This document shows positions 1 to 15,000 of a DNA stretch of 64,000 nt, piece after piece. The position numbers and the translations under genes were made by a program. Numbering within the stretch: position 1 is the first letter of the stretch; every line of letters starts with the position of its first letter. The stretch comes from Candidatus Hermodarchaeota archaeon (GTDB lineage Archaea > Asgardarchaeota > Thorarchaeia > Thorarchaeales > Thorarchaeaceae): positions 38,926 to 102,925 of the forward strand of contig JBHLLF010000008.1 in the NCBI GenBank assembly GCA_048885865.1, in the 5' to 3' direction. The notes beneath the pieces are model-generated. The model had not been told where the DNA came from and did no database searches. It was given only the letters and a program-made list of their open reading frames with translations.

Positions 1-3000
1 GGCCCTCCAATTGACGAACCGTTCAGGAATTCTCCTGTTAGGAATGTTCCTGAAAGCGACCAAGTTACTGTGCAGTTTGACAATCCAGTGTCGTTCAAAG
101 TAGGTGCAAGTACAAACACGCCAATTCGAATAGTGTCGGTCCAATCGAAGACCTGGCTGCTATAGGTTTCAGTCAACGGATCCAGATTCACCTTGGTCAG
201 AATCTGCTTGATATTGACTTCTGCAGAGGAGGTCATAGTGAGATAGTTGGTCTTCTCAGCGCTCACAACAATAGAATACGTCTTCGTACTGGCCGCTACT
301 GTTGCTATGAGCCCTGTGTAATATCCATTCATTCCTGGAACTGGTGCTAAGGACACACCATTCATATCAAAGATCCATTTTGCCGATACCGAGGCTCCCG
401 TTAGAGGCACATCATTGTATGCGTCACGGACAAATACGGTGATGTTTATTGGTTCACCTTTGTAGAGCACCTGACTATTCAGACCATCCACTATTGTAAG
501 TTCAAGATTCAATCTCAATATATTCACGGTGACCTGCCCTGAAACCGTGTCATAATTATCCAGCCTGGCGGTTATCGACACCAGATAGGTAGTAGCAAGA
601 GGAAGGTTTCCAGTATCAACGGTAAACGAGTAATTACCAGGTGTTCCCTCCGTAAGGCTTCCACTCAATATGCCAAATTGATAGTTAACAGCGGCTCCAG
701 GAATGAGAGTGCCACTCCGGGTGTCATTGAAGAGAGCCCATATCGAAACGCTTTCTCCCCAATGGACATCTGGGACAGTCTGCGGCAATATAATCCCTGT
801 TGGAATGTTAAGTACTTTTATTGAGATGGAAATTTCAGGAATGAAGTAGTCAGCCTTTTGAGCACTCACTACAAGAGTGTAGAGGTCTGCACCCAAAGTA
901 GTTGTGTCCAGCGTAATGTTATACATTCCGCTGCCAATATAGACGTAGCTTGAAGTTTCAGGCCATATTAGATTCAGCATAGCGTCATGTATTGGTGCAG
1001 ACGATGCATCAATATCAACAAGTTCAACAATCGCATAGGTCTGCTCACCAAAGTAAGCATCGGGCGATTCTATCTTTGTCAATTCACCTTGCCTTGCCCG
1101 AATCTGTATTGGTACCTGAACCTCAGCAAATTGATAATTACTCAAGTTAATTTGTATCACAAGTGCATTTGTACCGGTGGAGCCTGCGTCAGTGCAGTTC
1201 ACAGTTAGTTCGTAAATCCCTGGAGCGATTACAGTTATGCACCAAATGGATGGCACAGAGCCATCGGACTTGTAGGTGACACTGATATCGCTCTCAGCTC
1301 CTGCTATAGCCAGCAAATGATCTGTATCAGTAAATGTAAGGACCACGCTAACATTATCTCTGATTGGTACCGTTGTTGGGCTTGGTTCGTAATAGTACAA
1401 TTGCGATTGAATCAATCTGACCGAACCAATGAGAAATATCTCAGAGGCATTCCGATAATAGGGCGCTATGGACTGATTCCATTGCAAAAGTAAGGAGAAT
1501 GTGTATAGCCCAACTCCACCAAGCTTGTTTGTATCTACTATGATTGTATATTCGCCAAACTCAGGGCCAAAACCCCTAACAATCCAGAAGTCCGTGTTCT
1601 CGACAAGCCCGCTCGGATTTAGACAATCAAACACGATTATGGCATCACCTATTCCCAATCCATTGTCCTGATCTTGATAGGAGAAAGTCAGTGTCATATT
1701 GTCGCCAATTGGGATTGTAGGAGCATTGCCAAGGCTAATGGATCCAACTCTATTGGTGACTGTGACTCCCACTGATGCTGCATCATCCGAATAATAGGGA
1801 GGATCAGTGGAAGACCAATCGACAAAGACTGTGACATTCCAATTGGTTACTAGGTATGGGCTCAAAATTGCTGAATTGATTCCGATTCTATATCCATTGC
1901 CAGCAAAAGACATGGCGAAGTCGCTGCTTTGAAGAAGGCTGCCTCCGCTGTAAATTGATACCATGTTCTTTGTTAATGTGATGAAATCATCTGTGCTATC
2001 GTCATTATAGCTAAATGTGAATGTGATATTATCAAGGAACCTGACTTGTGTAGGTGAGCTGATAATTCTGACACTTGCGGGCCGTACAACTACCGATACA
2101 GTCAATGAAATCGTCGTATCGGTGTAATAAGGAGCTCCTGAGGGCCACTCAGCACTTACTACAAGGCTTTTTGTGGTGCCCGGAATTCCTATTGCAGTTG
2201 CATTTATCGAGATCTGATAGATGCCATCTCCACTTGTCTGTAGAATGTATTCAGTGCCCTCCATCAGATTAATTGCGTCAATGGAGAGGACAATGTTTGC
2301 ACCTCCAATCGCAGTAGATGATTCCAAGTCGCGATATGCAACAGTGAAATTGACAAAGTCAAGATACGGAGTAGGAAGTGGTGACTCAGTGACATCTAGA
2401 TATGTTGTACGCTCCCTAAGTCTGAACGACACGAAAGTTTCTGCAGCAAGGTAGAATGGTGATGCATCTGCATATGTGAATCGAATCCAAAGCACATAGT
2501 CTGTATCAACATCAAGGATTTGATTGAACGTCTGCACAGTGACCAGGTAATCTTGAGAAACTCCGCGCCAATTTGATGTGAAGATCCAAGAGCTTCCATT
2601 TAGAATCTCTATGCTTGTCAGCAAGGAGATATTGCTGATTGGTGAAAGAGAGAATAAATCACTGTAATGCAATACTAATGGGATTGACGAATTGTAGGAA
2701 ACAATTCCAGCTGATTCAGCTGCTAGCGTAGTGATTCTATATCGAACATTGAGCGTCCGTGAACCTGTGACATCAGGATAGTAGAATTGGGTCGTGGTGA
2801 TTTGAATTTCAAGACTATAAGAATCCGGTCTTGAGAAGTAGCTTGTATTCAGCTCAATGGTGTATTTCCCGCTTCCAAGAGGAATATAGCTATAGAAAGA
2901 AACGGGAATTGGCTGTGAGTCGTTGTATAGTGTTATTGTTCCATCATCAATTGGGCTGGGAATTGCTCCTGCGACATCCAGATAGGTCACAGTGAAAGTA

Positions 3001-6000
3001 GCCATTTCTCCATATGAAGTGGGACTGGGTGTTGCGAAATCGAATGACGTTTCTCTACTAGCTACTGTGATAAAGATGGTCCTTGCCGTAATATTAGCGT
3101 AGAATGGTGAGCCTGTCCAAGTAATGCTGATGGTGAACTGTTTGCTTCCAAGAGACGCTCCTAGAACACTAGTGTTGAAGGACACATGGAACTCCCTAGT
3201 TGTGGAATTATAGCTTATTGAATAGTCTGGCAGGTTGACTACAACAGTCATCCTTGCATCATTAGGAATTGTGACAGGAATTACATTTGACACATCATCA
3301 TACGAGAATGAGAAGGTGGCATTAATGCCATAGGATGTGCTGTCAGGCGGAGTCACAGATACTACAGTGTTCCTCGGAATCACTCGCACTGAAATTGTAT
3401 CAGTTCGGTTGTCATAGAATGGAGAAGCAGATGCAGACCAGTTCACTTGCACAACCATGGTAAATACGCCTGGCTTTGCGAATATGGTTGTGTTGAACTC
3501 CAAGGTGTAATGCCCAGGCATGCCCTCTAAGATGGATACCAATGATGTATCAATGGATTCACCCACGAACTCAATGAAGATGAATACATCACCAGTTGCG
3601 TTTGATATCCCTACCCCGCTATAGAGCTCACCATAGAAATACGTATAGCTCATATTCTCCAAATATGGAGTTGGACCGGGAGAGTCCTCGAGACTCAGTT
3701 CCGATTCTTCACCAATGATATTGACTGATGTTCTAATCATTCCATTGTAGAACTGCTGAGTAGGTCCAGTCCAATTGACATAGACTGTGAAATTGTATAA
3801 TCCACTCTCTCCAAGTACTAAAGCTGGGAATCTAATGATATAGTAGCCATTACCCGAAGCTGTATCATTTTCAAGGGTCGAGTCGATCCATCCAGCTACT
3901 CCATAGACAGAAACATTGACGTATTGCGAAGCAACTCCAACATCGTTGTCCAAGTCACCATAGTACAGAGAAACATTGACCATGCCAACATAGGTCGTGG
4001 GCTCAACTGCACTGCCGAGTCTAACCTCTGTGTAGTGAGTCCTGAGAGTCAAGCTCAAATTGAAGTAGCCAAATTGGTAGTTTGAACCCTTTGATACGTT
4101 GAATAAAATGAAATAGCTACCCAACGAATCTGTCTGGAGGCTTGGCAGCTCCACTCTGTATTGCGATCCTGTCCAAATCACAGTTAATGCATGGGTCCAG
4201 TTGTGGTCTATTGATGCACCAAGAATAGGCTCATCGTGAATTATGTCCCAGTAGTCCACGTATAAGACTGCTGTATCACCTAATGGAAGATCTATCGACG
4301 AATCTGAGGAACGAGCGTAGGCATAAGCTATCTGGACTATCACTTCGAATGTTAGTGTCTTCGCTTTATAGCTTAGAGCATCTGCTGTGATATTGACTTC
4401 GTGTGTTCCGAGATTCCATCCTTGCACAATTACCAATACTTCGTAGACACCATTGCCAAGATGTTGCCATGTGATTGATGCGCCTTCTGCTGTTATCGAA
4501 CCTGTGGTGATATTGACATTATTGTCTATGTCTACATAATTCAGGGTGATAGTGACATTTGTGTCGTAGGTTGTTGTCACAGTGGGATAATCATCAGACG
4601 ACAAATAAGTCAAGATTGGCCTATAGGTGAATGTTATCACTGGTGTCTGTGAATCGATATAGTTCTCTGCAGGCAAAAAGTCGACATACACTACGATGGT
4701 ATATTCCCCTTCTAGGAAGTTGCTTTGGTCAATGATAAGCTGGTATCGTCCTTCGCCGAGGAATGCAAAGCTCTCAAATGTGTATTGCCAGCCAGTTTCA
4801 TTCTTTGCAGTGAAGTATGCTTGAGTCAGTCCATTAATGGGATCTCCATCAATTGAAGACCCTGGTTCGCTGATATTCAAATGAGCAAACATGACGAAGT
4901 CATCACCGTTCGGGAATGGCTCAAGATGTTCCCAGCTCACATAGACCTCAAGCTTTCTGATTTCCAGGTCTACGGATATTGTTGCATCTGAATAGTATCG
5001 AGGTGCGGTAGTTGCATAGACAGTGATGTTGATTGTATATACCCCTACTGACCAAGCACTTGTATCCAGCCAGAAGCCATATGGGAAGAATGCTTGCGGT
5101 CCACTTCCCCAATCTAGAGTCACCTGGCTCAGATTGCCAACGCCTATTCCAACTGAACCTCCATCGACATCTAGGAATGAGATGTCGAAATGGGTGCTCG
5201 TTCCCACTGGCGTGGACGGACTATAATCTGCACTTACTGAAGTGCTATGTACTTTCACTATCACCGTAACACTTGCTGTTGCATCCTCATAGTTCGCCTC
5301 CGAGAGAGTCACATCAAATACATAGGTGCCTGGGAGATACGAACTTGTGTCAATTGTGAGAGCATAATCCCCTCCACCAATATCTGCTGTTTGAAGAGCA
5401 ACAGGGGGATTGATGCTAGCTGTACCTCCATCTATTCCAATTCCTGAGTGGTCTATATCATACCAGTGTATCGTGACAGTGGCTTGTTCTCCCCATGGGA
5501 CTTCAACTGGATCAGAGCTAAGTGCATACGCATCTGTAGAAACTTGTCTATAGTCGAATTGCACGTCGATTGAGCTACTCAACAGATATGAATCCGATGG
5601 GGTTGCTGTGAATCTAAATGCATGTGTGCCAGTTGACAGTGCCGAGCTGTCAATAGTCAAGAGATATGTACCGTTGCCATAATCTACGGGCGCGCCTATG
5701 ATGGTCCCATTGCTAGCGAATCCCGCATTTGCAAGCGGCTGGCTGTTGAATGAGTCTCTTAAGGTGATTTTTACTGTGAAGTCATCACCATATGGAGCAG
5801 CTGATGGCGGTTCATATGTGAGATATGTCTGATGCGATAAATCCAGAAAGAAGACATTGAATGCATCACCATAGAACTGGTGAGAAGACGTAAGTTCAAT
5901 ACGCCAACGTTGAGCAGTACCCAGGTCTGTCGTATTTAGGACTCTTCCGTAGCTACCATCGCCGTAATCATTGAGTTGAATCTGAGTAGGAGCCCCACTG

Positions 6001-9000
6001 ACAGTCCAGTTCATGGTCATTGTGGCACCGCTGATTGGTAGAGAGGTTAGTGTATCGGAAAGCTCGAATTCAACATACAAGCCTTCACCGATGAGCTTGG
6101 CTGAGATACCATCCGATACTGCATCACCAGGCGCCGTTAGGCTCATAGAAGCTCCTCGTTTTACAATAAAGTTCCTACTGAATATCCCCACACTTTGATC
6201 AACATTGGCTCCATCATCGTAATACCGAGCAGTGGCTTGCCAGACTCCTGCTTGGGCTGAAGAATCAAGTGTGATTGCCGCGGATTCTGAATATCCTGGA
6301 GACTGCTCTATACTAATTGAGAAGAAGCTGCTTGGATCATTTTGGTTCTTAAATTGTGTTTCAATCCATCCAGCAGGACGTGCAACATCTGAGATACGAA
6401 CCTCGTCGATTTGTCCCTCATATTCGGCACTCCAGACAACATCCTTTGGCTGATCTCCATGACCAATCCAGAAGCCTTGCTCAGCTGTGGAGGGTAATAT
6501 TGCATCAGTCTTCTGGAGAACATTCGGATCCTGCACTCCGTCAACATAGATTCTCATCAAGCTGCCATCGTACGTGGCCACGATGTGATGCCAAGATCCT
6601 CCCATAACATCATTCGCTCCCACTAACTGGTGGGTCTCTCCTTGCACATTGAAGACAGGCTTGAGAGTCGATACGCCTCCCTCATTAATGAAGAGGCTAT
6701 AACCATTATACCACCCCTTGTGATTCATTATTCCATAGATGTGGGTGTTAGGTGTGATATCATGTTGGACCCACGCCTCCAGAGTTAGTTGATACCCGTC
6801 AATATTCCAAAGCGGGCTATCACCGCAGTCAATAAGGTCATAGTTTCCATCAAGATTATTGAAATCTTGGCCAAAGCCAATCTTGCCGGAAACTTGGGTT
6901 GGCACATAGGTGGCTTGGCCTTCTCCACCCTGGCCATGATGTTTGTATTGACTGCTGTCTGTATATTCATCAAGTGCTCCAGTTCCACTCTCTGCAAGGT
7001 GCCAGACGCCTAGATAGCCAGAATCCCATACCGGTCCTGAATCGTAGACTATTGGTGCTATGGGATTGCCGTAATACATGCTAATTGCGGTATCACTTGA
7101 ACCAGATAGCAATGGGACCTTAACCCATGCTGCGAGATGTGCATGTGTCGAGTTGAAAGTCTGGTCGAAGAGTTCAATCTCATGTGCAAGTGTTTCTTCT
7201 CCAATTGCGAAGGCTATATCTCTACCATCTGCACGAACATCTGTGCGTAGGTCAGCGTCATATATGTCAACAAGTACCGGGAAGTTGACAAGATCTGTAG
7301 CGACATTTTCATGGCTGATAGTAAGATATTTCCTGTGGGAGTAGGGCAGAGCGAATTTTTGGCCTTGAAATGTTGCTGCGCCTGAATACCAGGTTGAGCC
7401 GTATGGATCAGTCAAATCAAGTGATATGCCTGAGCTCATGGTTCCAGAACTCCATATCCGGAACTGGATTTCTTCTCCTATCAAGAAAGTGCCTGATGGA
7501 GTATAAGGTCCTCCTGACAGACCCATTTGTGTGTCAAAAACATGATTCCTGTCTTGGAATCGAATCCGCCACATACCATATTCATCAATCGCTGTTGAAG
7601 CAACGATGAGTTTCCCGTCGAAGCATGTCCAGTCAGTTGCGAATGATTTCTCTACCCCTGAAGGACTCATGACAGAAAATGGATACCATTCGCCTTCTGG
7701 ATAAGACAGCTCAAATGAAATTGATTCTATCTCAGGAGGAGGAGAAACCAGTACATTTGCTGTCCAGACGGCCAAGCTGCCATTTACTATTGAAAACGAT
7801 GTTCCTGGAATATAGTCATCTGTGTAGCTAAACCCTGAAGTGTGGGTTCCAAGCGAAGAACTTAATCCAATTGTAATGGCAACATCCGAGCTCGTGCTAA
7901 ATTTGTATCCTGATGCGTCCAGCAAGCTTGGTTCGCTTGGCTCTTCTGGAATGGCAATTTGCTCTTCCGCTCCAACAGAGTAGAAGCTAGCCGGGTCATT
8001 CTGATTTGCGTATTCTGTTGCAATCCACTCAGGAGAAAGGACGGCACCGAGAATTCTAAACTCTGAAATCGCACCAGGACCCCACATATTTCCGGCGCTG
8101 AAATCGGACAGAATTGCTAGCTGGTCCCATGGCAGATGTGGATTTGCATTATCTGCGCTATTGTCTGATGCATCCAATGAGCCATTTATGTAGTGATATG
8201 CCATTACAGCAGCCGTCGACCTTACAAATGAGAATTGAAACCATGAGTCTGCAGCCCAGGAATTCTTAGTCCCAGTACAACTATCATCATTATCTGATGT
8301 AACTTCTATGTGTGTTACAACGATTCCACTACTCGCGAATCTCATTAACGGATAATCATTTGTGAGACTGTTGCCCCGGAAAAAGTGCATCTCACTTCCT
8401 GGCGGAAACGTATTGTCGAACTTGAACCATGACTGAAATGTAGTGTCAAGCAACGGACCTGAGATACTGCTAACAGCAAACCTATCATTAATCCCGTCAA
8501 CTGAAATCGCTGTTCCTAATCTACCATCATAAACCCGTGAATCAGAATCAAATCCCAGTGCAGTCAAGTGATACCCATTGGCTGTGCTATCCAAGATGCT
8601 AGTGGATGATGGGTCCTGATTAAAGTGCCAAACTGCAACATAGTTGCTATTCCATACCTCAGATGGCCTCTCTTGATTGTTTATGCTTGGATTTCCATAG
8701 TACATGGTAATTGTAGTGTCCACTGAGGAGGATAGGTCTATCTTAACCCAAGCGACAAGATGTGCATGTGTCGAGTTGTAGGTCTGGTCGAACAGCTCAA
8801 TTTCATGTGGTAGAGATGAGGTCCCAATTTTGAAGATGATGTCGTCTCCGTCCGGCTGAACATCACTTCTGAGATCAGAGTCGAAGATGTCAATGAGCAA
8901 CGGAAAGTCTGTCAGGTCTGAACCAACCTTGGTGTGGTCTATTGTAATGTTCTTCATGTAATTATACTCAGGTGCCACACCCAAGAATTCAGCAGCGCTA

Positions 9001-12000
9001 ATAGAATAGAAGCTAGACGGATCATTCTGATTATTGAACTCGGTGAGTATCCAATCTGAAGAACGAGCAATTTTGGAAATTCGGACTTCATCCAACATTC
9101 CATCGAACATATCATCTGTGGTTGGACTGCTTTCGCCATTCAGCCTGAAATTAGCGCTGTTCTGAAGAGAACCTACACTGCCTATAGTTCCCCAAATGGA
9201 ACTCTTGTCATCTATCCCATCAACATAGATTGTCGAAATAGTATCGCTATCCTGATCAAACACATAGACAACATGGCGCCAGCCCGTGTTGAGAACAGGA
9301 GAGCTTGCATCAACGCCAAATTGGGGTCCATCAGACGATATGCTGTAACCAGGGTATCCATTGTTATCGTCCGATACAAACGCAGCATAGCCTGGACTTG
9401 AAGAAGCTAGGCCATTCCGCTTGCTTACCAAGAAAGGTTCATAGTAGTAGAAGTAGTCCAGATCCACCCAGAATTCGATAGTGAAATCATCCGTATTTCC
9501 GAAGTCGAGATGTCCATCTGCGGGATCTCCCATATTTACAGTGCCTAGCCCATCACGGTCGAAATAGTAAGCATTGCCTATGCGTCCCGATACTCCTTGA
9601 GTGAGCAGTCCTGATGGAGTTCCATGTGTTTGATATGGTGTAGAATCTTGAGCATTGCCACTTGTTTCTGAGAGATGCCATACGCCCATATAGCTACTAT
9701 CCCAGACGCCATCAGAATCCTCTTGATTTGTTGCTTCAGGATTTCCGTAGTACATAGTAACAATCGTATCAGATGATGATGAGAGGTCGGTTTTGACCCA
9801 GGCAACCAGGTGAGCGTGAGTAGAGTTGTAATCTCGGTCGAAGAGCTCTATCTCATGTGATAGTGATACATCACCTGTCTTGAAGATAATATCATCACCA
9901 TCAACTTGTGTTTCAATCTTGAGATCAGTGTCATAAATGTCGATTAGTAATGGGAATCCAACAAGATCTGAACTGACCTTTGTATTGTCAATCGTGATAT
10001 TCTTTCTGTAGTTGAAACCTTTGGGCTGGGGAGTTAGTTCATATCCCACCGTATAGAAGCTTGTGGGATCGTTCTGGTTTCTGAATTCCGCCAGAATCCA
10101 CTCGGCTGATCTGTCAATATTTGATACACGGACTTCATCGATGCGGCCATCATAATATTGATCTTCGAGACCTATGTTTAGGGGGGATCCAGAAACAGCG
10201 AGAGTGCCAGAATTAGGGATAGATGCTATCTCAGTACCATCCACATAAATGAATGTGGTTGTACCATCGTAGACTCCTACTACATGGTACCACCTGTTGA
10301 TGTCATTATTGGTCCGGGCAATCCAGGTCTGTCCAGTTCCGGTTGTTGTCACACTAAATGTGATTCTCCTAGTTGCATCCCAATCTTGAAAGATTTCGTA
10401 TGAGCCATACTTAACAACAATCCCTGAGCCCCATCCAGGCCCTATGTCCTCATTGAGGTATGCCCACGCTTCAAGTGTCACAACATCACCAGCAATATTC
10501 AGACTTGGCCCATTACCACAATTGATTGAGTCATCTACCCCATCGAATAGAATTGCATTGCCTATTGGTCCGTTTATTCCTAATGTGGGGGCGCCTGCAT
10601 CAGTTCCATGATTGTTATTGGAAGTTGAGTCCTTGAATGCTCCGCTCCCTCCACTGGTTTCTCCCAGATGCCAGACTCCCATGTAATTGTCGTTCCACAC
10701 ACTATTCGGGTTCTCTTGATTTGATGCTTGGGGACTGCCATAGTACATTGTAACTGCTGAATCAACAGTGGATGAGAGATCAGTCTTGACCCAGGCGACC
10801 AGATGAGCATGAGTTAGGTTGTAATCTTGGTCAAAGAGTTCTATCTCATGCGGAACCAAAGCATCATTCATCTTGAAGATGATGTCATCTCCATCTGCTT
10901 GAACGTCTGTCTTGAGATCAGTGTCATAGATGTCGATAAGCATTGGAAAATCTGAAAGGTCGGCATCAATCTGCGTATGGTCTACTACAATGTCCTTCCT
11001 GAATGCGAACTCAACTGGTTGGGTTATTATTTCAGCTCCAACCGAATAGAAGCTGGATGGATTGAGTTGATTGTTGTACTCAGTGATAACCCAGCCATCT
11101 GAACGTGCGGTGTTGGATACACGAACCTCATCGATTAATCCATCAACTGGATTGGGAGAAGATAATCCGCGTGAGATTGTGAAGTTGTCTGTGCTAGACA
11201 CACTTCCTATGCCACTAATATCTACATCTCCACTATAACTCCCATCTTTAAACAGATGCATTGTATTACTGCTTGTATCAACACAAGCAACAAGATGCAT
11301 CCATTCACCGAATGTGACGCTGTAACTGCCAGTAGATTCGTAACTAGTTCCATCACCTATCTGGAAGTAAATGTTTTGTCCGAGTGTGTTGGTTTCAAAT
11401 CTATAGCCGCTTTTAAGACCACTTGGATGTCCTTTGTTAAGAGGAGCTTGCCAAGAACCTGTGCTCGCATCAATCTTCAGCCATATACTAATGGTGAAAC
11501 TGTTTAGGCCAAAATCAAGATGACCATCTGCGGGGTCTTCCATGTTTATATAGCCATCAATCCCGTCGAAATCGCTGGCACTTCCTATTCTTCCTAAAAC
11601 TCCTAAAGTAACTCCACCAAACGGAGTCCCATCTTGACCATATGGTGTTGAGTCTTGAACACTACCGCTAGCTTCACCCAAATGCCAGACTCCAACGTAG
11701 CCATTGCTCCATACAGCTGAAGGGTTCTCTTGTTTCGATGCCTCTGGATTTCCGTAATGCATCGTGATTGTTGTATCAATAGTGGATGAGAGATCAGTCT
11801 TGACCCAGGCAACTAGGTGGGCATGAGTGGAGTTGTACTCCTGATCGAATATTTCTATTTCATGAACCAAAGGTGTCGTGCCAATCTTGAAGATGATGTC
11901 ATCGCCATCCGATTGTACATCAGTTCTTAAATCAGCGTCAAATACGTCAATGAGGAGTGGAAAATCTGTCAAGTCTGCAGAGACCTTAGTATGATCGACC

Positions 12001-15000
12001 ACTATATCCTTTTCATATGCGAACTCCACAGGTTGCGTGAATGTTTCTGAGCCTACGGAATAGAAACTGGCTGGGTCGTATTGATTATTAAATTCGGTCG
12101 CAATCCACTCTGGCGAGTATGCCATATTGGCAACCCGTACTTCATCTGTGTTTGCAGTGGACCAATAGCCAATAGTGCCACCAACTTCACTACGGAATGC
12201 GCCTATATAGAAGGACTCTGACTCGTCAAGACTACCATAGCCTGTAATATCCGTTGGAGAATTGGGATCTTCTACTCCATCAATGTATAATCGAAGATAA
12301 TTCCCATCCCTTACCAAAGATACATGGTGCCACAAATTGTCACCATATGTAGAAGTCGAGGTGACGCTCTTCGCTACGGTATTGTCGTCAATTTGCGCCA
12401 TCAACATTCCTGGACCTGATTCTATGCTAAGTCGATATCTCTTGGCGTTAAGTACAGCACCTTTTCCAGCAAGAACTCCCATGTCTACACCATCATACTT
12501 GAACCACAGGGACAGCGAGAAATCATTGGAGCCTACATTCAGCGAACTATCACTTCCACAATCGATGTGATCTTGATTATTATCGAAATCGATGCTTCCA
12601 TCGATTTGTCCATCTACTTGGTCATCGGACTGCAGATTATAGCCTGTTCCATGATTCGAATTTGATGTTGAATCATGAATCGCACCTGTGGGGTCTTCTT
12701 TTAGATGCCAGACGCCTGCATAATTGGAATCCCAAACGCCTGCTGCATTCTCTTGATTTACAGCCGTCGGATTGCCATAATACATCGTAATTACGGTGTC
12801 AGTTGATGATAGAAGGTTTGTCTTCACCCAAGCCACTAGATGTGCATGACTGGTATTATAGGACTGTTCAAAGACCTCAATCTCGTGAGGAATGATGAAG
12901 CCATCTTTAGCAAAAACGATGTCATCGCCATCAGCTTGGACATCTGTCTTCAGATCTGTGTCATAGATGTTGATTAACACTGGGAACTCTGTCAAGTCTG
13001 CATCGACCTTCGTGTGATCAATGACTATGTCCTTTTTGTAAGTAAGCTCAATTTGCTGGATATATTGTTCAGCTCCTATAGAGTAGAAACCAGCAGGATC
13101 ATTCTGGTTCTCAAACTCAGTGAGAATCCATCCAGGAGTGCGAGCGATTTCAGCGACACGAACCTCATCGATGATTCCATCCGTAGTTCCTGTCCATTCT
13201 TGCCTACCTATAATCAGGGGCTCTGTGTTAGTATCGATGTTTCCAGACATTGCAGAGTAGTCCTGTTCATAGCCATCAATGTACAGCCTACGATTTACGC
13301 CATCATATGTATATACGACATAGTGCCACCCTGCTGTCCCAATATTGTAGCCTGTATTCCAATTCCAGTCTGGAGGATTCCCTGGAACATCTGTATATAC
13401 CCAGATAGCTGAGGTTTCGAATGTAAGGCCGTAATAACCGCTGCCAGAGTCGTCCGACTTGATTGCAATCCCGCCACTAGGCGAGATGTCCGCTGAGTAG
13501 ATCCAACCTCCGACAGTTATCTTGTCCGTCGTTATATCAAGACTCACACTGTTTTGCATCTCAATGAAATCGTCTGCGCCATCGAATTGCTGTCCGCCCG
13601 CAATCCTTCCTGCTATCAGATTCGGGACATATCCCGCCGTTCCACCCCCTCCTCTCCCATGATTCCCATAGGCGCTACTATCTTTGTACTCACCTGATGT
13701 TCCATCGCCAATCTCCTTCAGATGCCACACTCCCCTAAAGTTGCTAGTCCAGACACCATCTGGGTCCTGCTGATTTGTTGCCGCAGGATTGCCATAGTAC
13801 ATTACAATCGTTGTATCAATTGTGGAGGAAAGATCGGTTTTCACCCAGGCAACTAAATGGGCATGAGTTGTGTTGTAGTTTTGATCAAAAAGCTCTATCT
13901 CATGCGACAGGAGTTTTGTGCCCATTTTGAAGATGATGTCGTCTCCATCGGGTTGAGCATCAGTCTTGAGATCCATGTCATAGATATTAACCAATAATGG
14001 AAAATCCATAAGGTCTGCATTGACTTTGTTATGGTCAACCACTATGTCTTTCTTATATTGACCTTCAATAGGCTGTGAGAATCCTTCTACTCCGACTGCG
14101 TAGAAGCCTGATGGATCATATTGGTTGCTGTATTCAGTGAGAATCCATTCTGATGAGCGAGCTTCACTTATCACGCGAACTTCATCAATCAAGCCCTCTA
14201 CCGGATATGAAAAAGGCGATAATTGCAGGCTCTGAGAGCTACTTACATCTCCCAATGAACTGATGCTTTGTGGTGATCCGACTGAGGCACCATTTGCATA
14301 GAATCGGAGAAAGCCTCCTGGAACATCCACAACTGCTACTATGTATATCCATTGGCCAAATGTCACAGAGGTTGAATCAGAAATGACCTGTACTGTTCCA
14401 TCTGCAACCTCAGCTTTTAGATCTGATCCTGCAGTGTTTGTTTCAAACTCGTATCCCGCATCGGTAGTCATAGTCCCTCCCTTGAATAGCGGTAGCTGAT
14501 AATTCCCCGTGCTTTGATCAACACGAACCCAAAGACTATAGGAAAAGGTGTTCAAGCCGAAATCAAGATGACTGTCAGAGGGATTTCCAAAGTTGACATT
14601 CCCATTTACACCATTGAATTCATAGCAATTCCCAGCAATGCCGGTTTGGCTATAAATCACGCTTGCACTTACTGAACCTGACAAGCCAAATTGAGTAGAG
14701 TCTATAGCATCTCCATTGGATTCACCAAGATGCCAGACGCCTGCGTAGTCAGCGCGCCATACTTCTGCAGGGTTCTCCTGATTTCCTATCGATGGATTAC
14801 CATAGTGCATTGAGATAATAGTATCAGATGTGGAAGAGAGGTCTGTTTTGACCCAAGCTATGAGATGGGCGTGGGTTGAGTTGTGCTGTTGATTGAATAG
14901 CTCTATCTCATGCGGAAGATAGCCGCTGCTAGAAGTGAATATAATGTCATCCCCATCTGCTTGAACATCTGTTCGCAAGTCAGTGTCATAAATATCAATC

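Noticed and set aside
9578-11812. Three similar short minus-strand ORFs (PGS[RK]..SH..LI...) resembling a small gene family
   Set aside because: Alternate-frame read-outs of the repeated DUF2341 DNA (AWVKTDLSS), not genes.
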